Below, piece by piece: positions 49,162-57,697 of a DNA stretch of 64,000 nucleotides (its first letter is position 1; each line of letters opens with the position of its first letter). The translations under genes and the position numbers were made by a program. Under the pieces are notes generated by a model. It ran no database searches. It was not told where the DNA came from and saw only the letters and a list, made by a program, of their open reading frames with translations. Source of the stretch: Candidatus Saccharimonadota bacterium (GTDB lineage: Bacteria; Patescibacteriota; Saccharimonadia; Saccharimonadales; Saccharimonadaceae); the NCBI GenBank assembly GCA_017545505.1, contig JAFWNB010000003.1:76830-140829 (forward strand), read 5' to 3'.

Positions 49162-49833
49162 GGAATAATAAAAATTGATAACAATTAGAAAAGGTATAGC
49201 CGCCAAGGCAACAAAACTGGCGGCTTTACTGATCGCAATTTTAGCATAAGTTTAATGTCGCACAATATAGATTTCAAGACATTAAGCTTATGTTTATAAG
49301 ACGATAAAGTAATCGTCCAAAACATAGAAATATCCCCAGAAAAGCGGGAAGAGCTCTAAGAAATATTATTTGTACCTATATAATATTAATTTTATTTACA
49401 TTGAACGAGCCCGATAATAATTAGATTTTTACAGGGCGAGTACGGTACTGAAATACCGGCGCAGCCCTGCCTAAAAATCTAATAATTATCGGACGCGTAG
49501 TGAAGCGTAAATAAAATTAATATTATGTAGGCGCATTAACTATATCTTTAACCCGACCCCTGTCTTATCTGAATTTTTGCAAGTTTTCACAAAAAGTTTT
49601 CCACATTTGACATTTCCCCATTTTATTTCCCTTTTTTACGTTTTCCCCTGTTATTTTCTATATTTTGTTTCCCTACTCTAAAAAACAACATCAATTTTTA
49701 GAACAAAAACCGAACAAAAACAGAGAATAATATAACAGAGGTAGAAACCAATTTCACCCCTGTTATTTCCCTATTTCCAATATGCTTTCCCCTCTATTCG
49801 TACATCGATATACTCGTACTCGCCTACCCCTGT
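48968..49833 (+). repeat. Cluster of eight same-strand CCCCTGT heptamers
   Basis: Starts at 48968, 48980, 49007, 49078, 49557, 49645, 49757, 49827. Confidence 0.6.
49371..49535 (+). ncRNA. Candidate long-hairpin RNA (6S-like or divergent SRP RNA)
   Basis: Outer stem cctatataatattaattttatttac/gtaaataaaattaatattatgtagg, central bubble, inner stem, apical cggta-ctgaaa-taccg. Confidence 0.5.
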
Positions 49834-50373
49834 TCCCTCTAGATAACGTATCATTCGATCGGCATCTTCAACCGATACGGCAGTTTCGCGGTCGACAACC
49901 ATTTTAATAAATCCCGGTTTCCCCTCTAAATAAAAATCTACTTCCCGAATTGCCGCAGACGGAATTACCGCCTTTACTGGAATGTAATTTAGATCTTTAA
50001 AATCCTTTTCTGCTTGTCCAATATAAGATTTCATACGACTCGTAATTTGTCCGTTGGCATTATCCTCATCAATTATCTCGATTGTTGGCTGATAGTTTTC
50101 TGCAACGACGCCCTGCACTTCAGCATCATCAACTTTATTATTACTAATTAAAACTATCGCTAATATTATCAATATAATAATTAAAATCAAGAAACCTATT
50201 ACAGTTAATGCAATTCGAGTTGCCTTTTTCTGCTTGTCCTTCTTACGTGCCGCAGCTCGCTCATTCGCAGTTTCGAGCTTTTCCCTTTTTTCTCCAATCG
50301 TTCGCCCCATTCTAAACGTAGACTTTCGATTGTCGCGGCGATTTACCAATTTCGGTTGAGTTTTGTCATCCAT
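49771..50373 (-). CDS. FtsQ/DivIB-like cell division protein
   Basis: Basic N-terminus, one TM, EYIDVRIEGKAYWK end; last gene of the dcw cluster. Confidence 0.6.
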   Translation of the reverse strand: MDDKTQPKLVNRRDNRKSTFRMGRTIGEKREKLETANERAAARKKDKQKKATRIALTVIGFLILIIILIILAIVLISNNKVDDAEVQGVVAENYQPTIEIIDEDNANGQITSRMKSYIGQAEKDFKDLNYIPVKAVIPSAAIREVDFYLEGKPGFIKMVVDRETAVSVEDADRMIRYLEGTGVGEYEYIDVRIEGKAYWK

Positions 50374-51604
50374 TAATGGCTTCTTCCAAAATTATATCAG
50401 CCAAACGTCTGGCCGCATCGGCTCGTGCTTCCTCATGTAACCGATCAGCCATATCAGCACGCAATCTAGGTGATTTTATTAAATGTCGTATCTCTTCAAA
50501 TAGTATATTTGGGTCTTCCATCATTTTCATATCATCCACCACGACCGCTGCTTTTGCCATCTCTAATCTTTCGGCGTTCTTTTGCTGATGTCCACCCGGT
50601 AAACGTGCAAACGGCACTAGAATCACTGCTTTCTTTAGCGCTGCAAGCTCAGCAATTGTTGTCGCCCCAGCTCTAGACACCACTACATCCGCTGCGCCCA
50701 TCAATTCGTTCATTGTAGTATTAAATTCCCACATCCTAAAATTAGATTCAAGGCTAGCTTTATCCCAGTTTTCATACTTTTTAAGATCGACCATATTTTC
50801 AAAGTGTTTACGCCCAGCAATTAGCCCGACCGAAGTAAATTCTAATAGTTTTGGCAAAATCGCCCTAGTCGCTTCATTTAAGTTTTCTGATCCTTGTGAG
50901 CCACCAGTAATCACTACGAGTGGTTTTTCTGTATTAAAAGAAAAGGCTTTTTTTAATGAAATCTGCCGAGTAGCACTTACGGCTTTAAACTCTGGCCCAA
51001 CCGGAATACCAGTCCATACATAATTCGGATGCTTTTCTAGCATTTCGTTAGTTAAAGGCATACCAAAAGCTACTTTTTTAGCTTGCTTCATTAATAATCT
51101 ATTAGCTAGACCCGCAACCACGTCAGATTCATGGATTACATAGGGTATCTTAAACATCCGAGCCATTAGTCCAATCGGCAAGCAAACATACCCACCTTTC
51201 AAAAAAATAATATTTGGACGCGTTTTTTTAACCACTAATCTACAAAAACTCGTAACGATTCCAGCTAGAAAACCAAAAAAACCAACTATATTACCAAATA
51301 TTAGCTCTTTCAAAGTTACCTCAAAATGCACAAAATAATCTTTAAAATGCCAATCAGCATAACGATGGAACTTCCCTGCCGGCAATCGTCGCACCCTAAT
51401 ATAAGGCGCTTTACGTACTTTCTTGCGATCGTCGCCCCAGGCAAAACCAATTTCTGTAGTTAATTTAGTAACGTTTTTATAATATTTAAAATCAGTCCAG
51501 AATTCTACCTCAGCGCGAGGTTTTTTCTCTAATATTTCACGGACGACTGCGACGGCTGGAGTTATATGACCTCCGGAGCCCCCGCCCACTATTAGTATCT
51601 TCAT
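50366..51604 (-). CDS. murG: UDP-GlcNAc:lipid I GlcNAc transferase
   Basis: GGGSGGHITPA, KGGYV, HESD, GGSQGS, SRAGATT, HQQKNA. Confidence 0.95.
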   Translation of the reverse strand: MKILIVGGGSGGHITPAVAVVREILEKKPRAEVEFWTDFKYYKNVTKLTTEIGFAWGDDRKKVRKAPYIRVRRLPAGKFHRYADWHFKDYFVHFEVTLKELIFGNIVGFFGFLAGIVTSFCRLVVKKTRPNIIFLKGGYVCLPIGLMARMFKIPYVIHESDVVAGLANRLLMKQAKKVAFGMPLTNEMLEKHPNYVWTGIPVGPEFKAVSATRQISLKKAFSFNTEKPLVVITGGSQGSENLNEATRAILPKLLEFTSVGLIAGRKHFENMVDLKKYENWDKASLESNFRMWEFNTTMNELMGAADVVVSRAGATTIAELAALKKAVILVPFARLPGGHQQKNAERLEMAKAAVVVDDMKMMEDPNILFEEIRHLIKSPRLRADMADRLHEEARADAARRLADIILEEAING

Positions 51605-52766
51605 TCTTTATTACCTCTCTACTAGTATAACACGAAAGTTGCAAAACTAGACCTAAAGCAAAAGCAATAAAGATCATACTTGTCCCACCGTAAGATAAGA
51701 GCGGCAGAGTAATCCCGGTCACTGGCACCAAGCTCGTCATCGCCATAATATTTACTACGATCTGAGCTAGCATCCAAGAAAATACCCCAACAACTAGCAA
51801 CCGATCTTCGTTATCTTCAGTATGTTCCGCAACTTTAAGCATCCTAAATAACAAAGAAGCAAACACCGCTATTATTAAGAATAATCCCACAAATCCAAAA
51901 GTTTCACCCATAATCGCAAATACCGAATCATTAATTGATTCTGGCAAATAACCCGTTGCTTGCACTGAATTTCCTATTCCTACGCCAAAGAATCCACCTA
52001 CGCCAATAGCGAGCATTGCATTCTCCACGTGATAAGTCGAATCCGAACTCTCGCTCCCAGACATTGTTGCCAACCACGCATTAACCCGCTCCATACGGTG
52101 CGTAGAAGTCACTACCGCCCCCACCGCAACCACTAAAACTATTGCCACCATTATTAAATATTGTCGCATTGATAGTCCGGACATGAGGAGCATTCCAAAA
52201 ATTATCGCAATTAATGCTACACCAGTGCCTAAATCACCCTGCGCAATTACAACTAAAAAGAGCGAAAGACCGCAAACTACTAACAGCGGCAACCAAAACT
52301 CTTTAAATTTACCTACAGTTCCCTCCTCTTTTTTACGATTCAAAAAGTCCGCCAAGTAAATTACTAAAGCCAATTTCAAAAACTCCGCCGGCTGAAAGCT
52401 AATTATTCCGAAATTAAACCACCTACACTCGCCTAATTCGCATTTTGCTAAACTAGAACCAACTAACGACAAAAACCACAATAAGGCCGATAATACTAAG
52501 GCGACAATCATCATCGGTTTAGCCCATTTTTTCAGATATTTATAAGGGATCCATTTAAAAGCTGCAAAAAAAGCAATTAAAGAAAGGCCGACCGAGCGCA
52601 ATTGACCAATAAAGAAATAATTAGCATCATAATCAGTACCATATGTTGAGTTCAGTACATTTGCCCTCATGGGCCCAATGGCATAAATTACAATTAGTCC
52701 CACCGCCATCAAACCAAGCGTAGCAAATAGAATAGCAAAATCCGATTTATGCTTCCTAGTTTTCAA
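51537..52766 (-). CDS. ftsW: SEDS peptidoglycan polymerase FtsW
   Basis: RWFNFG..SFQPAEFLK, DLGT, YLPESIND, GITLPLLSYGGTS. Start TTG 52766 overlaps the mraY stop. Confidence 0.9.
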   Translation of the reverse strand: MKTRKHKSDFAILFATLGLMAVGLIVIYAIGPMRANVLNSTYGTDYDANYFFIGQLRSVGLSLIAFFAAFKWIPYKYLKKWAKPMMIVALVLSALLWFLSLVGSSLAKCELGECRWFNFGIISFQPAEFLKLALVIYLADFLNRKKEEGTVGKFKEFWLPLLVVCGLSLFLVVIAQGDLGTGVALIAIIFGMLLMSGLSMRQYLIMVAIVLVVAVGAVVTSTHRMERVNAWLATMSGSESSDSTYHVENAMLAIGVGGFFGVGIGNSVQATGYLPESINDSVFAIMGETFGFVGLFLIIAVFASLLFRMLKVAEHTEDNEDRLLVVGVFSWMLAQIVVNIMAMTSLVPVTGITLPLLSYGGTSMIFIAFALGLVLQLSCYTSREVIKNEDTNSGRGLRRSYNSSRRSRP

Positions 52767-53785
52767 ATCGCTCCTCCGGTAGCCGCAATAAAAATGCCCA
52801 CGAATGCACAAACCCCAGCAATAATCCAAAATCTCATCACGATTTTAGCCTCGCCCCATCCCTTTGCTTCTAAATGATGATGTAGAGGCGCCGAAATAAA
52901 TACTTTCTTGTGAAAAAACTTTTTTGAGGTTAACTGTATTAAACTTGAGGCAGTTTCGACCACAAATGGCAAACCGATAATTGGCAAAAGCAAAAATGCA
53001 TTTGTCATCATCGACACCACTCCAAGCCCAGCCCCAAGCGCAAACGACCCGGTATCCCCCATCATGAATCTCGCTGGTGGCACGTTAAACCAGATATAGC
53101 TAAGTAGCCATCCCACTACAGTCAAACAAAAACCAAATAACATCACATTGCCCTGAAACAGAGCAATAATACCAAATGCAGCATAAGCCATCAATGCGAG
53201 ACCGCCAGATAAACCATCCAGTCCATCTGTAATATTTACCGCATTAGAAGTAGCAACCAGTGCAAATGCGAATATTAGTATCATCCAAAACACTCCTACT
53301 TCAAAATCTCCCACAAAAGGAACTAAAATCGTTGTCCAACCTAATTTTACTGCGAAAAACCAACCAAGGATCAGGCCTACAACCGTGATTAGGAAAAACT
53401 TAACTGGACCGCGCAAGCCTGCTGCCCCCCTTCCCGAACCAAATATATTAATTACATCGTCGATTACTCCTACTAACGCTCCACCCAAAAAACCAACTAG
53501 AGGCAACCAAGTTTGTCCACGATCAAGATTAAAAATCCAAGTCACAGCCGTTACCGCCACGACTCCAATTAACCCCGCCATCGTTGGGAATACGTGCTTA
53601 AACTTATGAGCATGCAGTTTAGTCATTACTGGAAGTTCTTTTCCGTCAACTGTAGTTTTCTTTTGTTTTTTCCAAAACTTATACTTATATGCAAAATGCG
53701 TATAAAATGGCGTTAGAACCATCGAAAACAAAAATCCTGCAAGTGCTAACAAAAGTCCATAGAATACTCTATCATTTATTGACAT
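52763..53785 (-). CDS. mraY: Phospho-MurNAc-pentapeptide transferase
   Basis: PTMAG, GVIDD, NAVNITDGLDGL, MGDTGS, APLHHHLE. Confidence 0.95.
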   Translation of the reverse strand: MSINDRVFYGLLLALAGFLFSMVLTPFYTHFAYKYKFWKKQKKTTVDGKELPVMTKLHAHKFKHVFPTMAGLIGVVAVTAVTWIFNLDRGQTWLPLVGFLGGALVGVIDDVINIFGSGRGAAGLRGPVKFFLITVVGLILGWFFAVKLGWTTILVPFVGDFEVGVFWMILIFAFALVATSNAVNITDGLDGLSGGLALMAYAAFGIIALFQGNVMLFGFCLTVVGWLLSYIWFNVPPARFMMGDTGSFALGAGLGVVSMMTNAFLLLPIIGLPFVVETASSLIQLTSKKFFHKKVFISAPLHHHLEAKGWGEAKIVMRFWIIAGVCAFVGIFIAATGGAI

Positions 53786-53786
53786 A

Positions 53787-55544
53787 TTATACCCCTGGTT
53801 TAATCTTTAAATAATCAATGAGGTAATTCGAAAGCGAATCGAACAAAGACATTGCTTGACCACTATCAATGCTTTGACCCTCTCCCCACATTTTAACCAT
53901 TATTACGTATTTTGGCAACTCATTCGATGGTCCAACAAAACCAATATAAGAACCGACCAGTTGTGCAAAAGTATCGTCATACGCCCCATTCACCACAACT
54001 TGTGCCGTACCAGATTTACCACCAATCGCATAGCCAGCACGATCGATACCGCCTCTTACTTTATAACCACGGTTATTTATCAACATATCACGCATCATCG
54101 CAGATGTTTCGTCGCTCAAGATTTTATCATTTACGTCTTCTACCATAGATTTAGCAGTAAATTTTCCGTTATTAATTGTTCCTTTGACTACATTGGGCGT
54201 ATGATAAACTCCGCCATTTACTACCGCCGAAAAAGCCGTAGCCGTCTGAATCATTGTGATTCCAAGATTCTGGCCAAAAGTCATGTTAGCATAGGTTGAA
54301 TCACGCCCCCAACCTTCATTTGGATCCTCAATATATCCTGCCGCTTCTATTAATTCGATCCCTGTAATTTTACCTAGACGAAACTTATTATGGTAGTAAT
54401 CGTATAGCTTTTCCCTACCAGTTTGGTTAATACTATTTGGATCATCTCCCAACAATTTTAGCGCATATATCGAACCAGTATTAAGCGACCAATACAAAGC
54501 ATCTTTCATTGTTAAAGTGCCGTATAAAGAAGCTCTTTGTTCGGCATTTTGAATTTTCCATCCATCTACTTCTTCAAAACCTTTATTGAAATAAGTCGTT
54601 TCGCTAGTCATTTTACCCTCATTAATTGCCGCCGAAAATGCAAAGTTTTTACAAATTGAAGCCGGTTCATACGGCACATCGGTCACCTGGTTCACGTAGA
54701 CCGAAGCATCTGATACTTTGGCATAATTTCCCGGATCATAAGTTGGCACGTTTGCCATTGTAATCACTTCCCCATTATTTGGGTTCATAATCAAGACCGA
54801 TGCATTCGTAGCTGTACTATTAGCTACTGTATTAGCCGCAATCTCTTCGACTCCTTTCTCAAGTCCACGGTCAACTGACAAAACAATGTTTTCTCCATCC
54901 TCTGCAGGTATTTTTATATTATCATTGCCAATTGAAAGCGCTACCTTATTAACATCCGCAATAGTTTTTATTAAACCTTCCTTCCCCGACAAAACATCGT
55001 TTAGTGATCCTTCTACACCATATTGCCCAACACCTTCATTGTTTACGAACCCAAGCAAGCCCGAGGCTAATTCTCCTTCGGGATATACTCTTTGATTAAC
55101 TTTTTTTAACCAAATCGCCGGGATACCAGATTCAGCAACTTTTTCCGCCGTTTCTCTTGGTACATTTTTTGCCACAATTGAATAGCGTAACCCATCAGTA
55201 TTATATACTTCGTTTAAGTCTACTATTGTATAATCCTTAACATATTCGTTGACAATCTTTTCAATATCCTCTTTTTTTGTAACAGTAGGATCGATTACCA
55301 CCTGGTAAGTTGTTTGATTTAACACTACAGCTACAGGCTCTCCGTCATCCATCATATATATCTCACCTCTTCTCGGTGTGATCACCTCAAGAAGAGTATG
55401 CTGCTCATCGGCCCTAGCCACCCAATCATTATGCTCAATTATCTGAATAAAAAATAGACGCACTAAAATTACGCCTATTAAAACAAAAACTATATTTCTT
55501 AAAATCTTAAAACGTTGTAAAACCCCAGTATTACTCTGTGGCAT
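53787..55544 (-). CDS. ftsI: Class B penicillin-binding protein (FtsI)
   Basis: PRRGEIY, YEPASICK (SxxK), SLN, GKSGTAQ. Confidence 0.88.
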   Translation of the reverse strand: MPQSNTGVLQRFKILRNIVFVLIGVILVRLFFIQIIEHNDWVARADEQHTLLEVITPRRGEIYMMDDGEPVAVVLNQTTYQVVIDPTVTKKEDIEKIVNEYVKDYTIVDLNEVYNTDGLRYSIVAKNVPRETAEKVAESGIPAIWLKKVNQRVYPEGELASGLLGFVNNEGVGQYGVEGSLNDVLSGKEGLIKTIADVNKVALSIGNDNIKIPAEDGENIVLSVDRGLEKGVEEIAANTVANSTATNASVLIMNPNNGEVITMANVPTYDPGNYAKVSDASVYVNQVTDVPYEPASICKNFAFSAAINEGKMTSETTYFNKGFEEVDGWKIQNAEQRASLYGTLTMKDALYWSLNTGSIYALKLLGDDPNSINQTGREKLYDYYHNKFRLGKITGIELIEAAGYIEDPNEGWGRDSTYANMTFGQNLGITMIQTATAFSAVVNGGVYHTPNVVKGTINNGKFTAKSMVEDVNDKILSDETSAMMRDMLINNRGYKVRGGIDRAGYAIGGKSGTAQVVVNGAYDDTFAQLVGSYIGFVGPSNELPKYVIMVKMWGEGQSIDSGQAMSLFDSLSNYLIDYLKIKPGV

Positions 55545-55881
55545 AACCACTTACCACCGCTGTTTCCATTGCGGCAGCCACTGCACTATTTTTGGCTGTA
55601 GCAATCGAAGACAAACGTGCCTTTTCAACTGCCAAATCTTCTTTTTTTGCTGTCATTTCTGTAATCTCAGTCTCCACATTTGATAATTCATAATCAAAGC
55701 TCGTAGCTTTACTTCCCTCTGCTACATATATTAAACCAAAAACCAGCGTTAGCATACTTACAATTACAATCTGAGATATTGAGCCTAAACTTCTCTTTGT
55801 ATGGCGGACAGTATTACGATTACGTGCAAAGCTATTAGAAAATGCATCACGCCTCGTAACATAGGTAGTTTGGTTTATCAT
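55531..55881 (-). CDS. FtsL-like cell division protein
   Basis: One TM plus leucine-zipper-like region; position between rsmH and ftsI. Confidence 0.65.
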   Translation of the reverse strand: MINQTTYVTRRDAFSNSFARNRNTVRHTKRSLGSISQIVIVSMLTLVFGLIYVAEGSKATSFDYELSNVETEITEMTAKKEDLAVEKARLSSIATAKNSAVAAAMETAVVSGYATE

Positions 55882-55930
55882 TTTTTCCTCGCTATTTATT
55901 TTTTATTTGTTTTTTCACAGTTTGTATTTT

Positions 55931-56102
55931 CTTAGTCCGGGGCCCCTACAGCCAGAGCTATAAGTAAACTGTAAGGGTTATCCCGGGAAGGTCATACACT
56001 TCACACTCTCTGTGAAACTCTAAATTGGCGGACCGATCTCGGCCCATGTCACTTCTGTCTCGGCCCTTGAGTGGGGATTTCCCACTCAAGGTAAGGGAGA
56101 CT
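55931..56102 (-). ncRNA. Candidate structured RNA between rsmH and the ftsL-like gene
   Basis: GC-rich island in an AT-rich spacer; stems ccttgagtggg/cccactcaagg, cccttacag/ctgtagggg, ttcac/gtgaa. Confidence 0.35.
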
Positions 56103-56168
56103 TTAGCGGAAATGAACCTTTACGGTTTGTTTGCGAGATTTATTCGCAACTAGTATTTGTTTTGGCAT
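56103..56168 (-). CDS. Candidate 21-aa basic leader peptide MPKQILVANKSRKQTVKVHFR
   Basis: Perfect SD aaggagg 5 nt before the ATG; stop immediately precedes the structured region. Confidence 0.4.
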   Translation of the reverse strand: MPKQILVANKSRKQTVKVHFR

Positions 56169-56199
56169 ATTGCCTCCTTTTTTTATGTTTTTATTTTTA

Positions 56200-57075
56200 T
56201 CAATTCCTCTCGGCAACCCGAAGCTTAGCGCTTCGAGACCTGGGATTGATAGCTATTTCCTCATTCCCCGCAACAATTGGTTTTTTCGTTATAATTCTTA
56301 ATTCCGATTCTTCACCATGGCTACTTGCTTCCCTAAAATAATCCTTAACTAGTCTATCTTCTAGACTATGGAATGTAATAATTCCCACGCGTCCATTTTT
56401 ATTCATTAGTTTAGGCAAAATCGGCAATGCTCGTTCTATTTCACCAAGCTCATCGTTTACTTCGATGCGTACCGCTTGAAAGATTTTTGTAGCAGGATGC
56501 GTTTTACTATACCCATGCCATCGTACTCGTATCAACTCTGCTAGTTCCCTCGTCGTCTTAATTGGACGATGATGCACGATTATCCTTGCAAACATCGCTG
56601 CTCGTCCTGGCGACTCTTCGCCATACTTAATAAATAACTCTGCTAAATCCTTCTCGCTGTATTTATTTATTACATCACTCGCTGTTAATTTTTGCCTTCT
56701 ATCCATTCTCATGTCCAGTGGCGCATCATACCGAAACGAGAAACCTCTTTCACCTTTATCCAGCTGCGGAGACGAAACCCCAAAATCTGCAAGTATTAAA
56801 TCAAAAGTTTCTCCACTTTCATAAAGCTGTAGCATAGCGTTATAAAAGCTTTCATGTTTAATTTCTACCTCAGATGAGAAAATGCTTTTAAGATAATCTA
56901 TTGCAAATCCATCTCGGTCAACCAAACAGGCACCTTTATAATTCTGTGTTACATCCAAAAATTCACTAGCATGTCCACCGTAACCGGCAGTCAGATCTAA
57001 ATATCGTTCCCCGGGATGCGGCTCCATAGTTGCTAGAACTTCCGATAATAATACTGGATTATGTAGTTTCTCCAT
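56200..57075 (-). CDS. rsmH: 16S rRNA m4C1402 methyltransferase
   Basis: HNPVLLSEV, DLTAGYGGH, DFGVSSPQLD..ERGFSF, FHSLEDRLVK, NPRSRSAKLR. Start revised to 57075. Confidence 0.96.
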   Translation of the reverse strand: MEKLHNPVLLSEVLATMEPHPGERYLDLTAGYGGHASEFLDVTQNYKGACLVDRDGFAIDYLKSIFSSEVEIKHESFYNAMLQLYESGETFDLILADFGVSSPQLDKGERGFSFRYDAPLDMRMDRRQKLTASDVINKYSEKDLAELFIKYGEESPGRAAMFARIIVHHRPIKTTRELAELIRVRWHGYSKTHPATKIFQAVRIEVNDELGEIERALPILPKLMNKNGRVGIITFHSLEDRLVKDYFREASSHGEESELRIITKKPIVAGNEEIAINPRSRSAKLRVAERN

Positions 57076-57097
57076 GTATTTATTATACATCACTTGC

Positions 57098-57350
57098 TTG
57101 AGACCAGCCAACTAGAAACTTCAGCGGTTTTGTTTTTGCTTCGATTTTTATTTGTTTACACAATTAATCCACCACGATTTACCAGCGCGAAGCTAATCTT
57201 ATATCGCAGCCGTTGAGAGACTTATTGTGTGTTGGTTTTAGACCATATAGAGTTTTATTGGGAGGTGTGTTAAAGAAGGAACGCACGATTTTGTTGACGC
57301 ATCTCGCTATCTTTTAATGCGCGCCGAAACTCCTAGTTGGCCGATCTCAA
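57098..57350 (-). ncRNA. Candidate RNA closed by a 29-bp long-range helix
   Basis: 57322-57350 pairs with 57098-57126; all six non-Watson-Crick positions are G-U on the minus strand. Confidence 0.5.
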
Positions 57351-57478
57351 ACTGATTTTAATGTACGACTTTTTGTTTAGCGTTTTTGTATTGTATTTCG
57401 CTGACTTCAGTTTAGTATATTTTTTTTAAAAATGCAAGTGTTTTTTTAGACTTTTTATATATAGTTTTTACCTACGAC

Positions 57479-57498
57479 TTTTCCACAACTGTGGATAT
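57479..57498. promoter_or_regulatory. Inverted pair of DnaA-box-like 9-mers
   Basis: ttttccaca (57479-57487) and tgtggatat (57490-57498), each one mismatch from TTATCCACA. Confidence 0.45.
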
Positions 57499-57587
57499 TT
57501 TCTCTGTTATTTTTCCCGAACAAATACCATTGATTTTATGTACTTTTCATGTCATAAAAACCGAACATATAGATAAATAAGATATTT

Positions 57588-57660
57588 TTTAAATTCTCTT
57601 TCAGAGGTCGTAAGACTTGGCCTAGCGGCCCGGAGCGCGACCGATGAAAGAGAATTTAAA
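57588..57660 (+). repeat. Palindromic repeat element, intergenic
   Basis: tttaaattctctttca-gaggtcgtaagacttggcctagcggcccggagcgcgaccga-tgaaagagaatttaaa. Confidence 0.7.
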
Positions 57661-57697
57661 AAGTGTGGTATAATTTAACAAATAAGTGAGGTAAATT

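Noticed and set aside
49540-49770. Replication origin in the AT-rich spacers at 49.6 kb or 57.5 kb
   Set aside because: There are few DnaA-like boxes and no dnaA/dnaN nearby. Spot counts suggest the plus strand stays C-rich on both sides, so there is no visible skew switch. A full skew plot was not computed.
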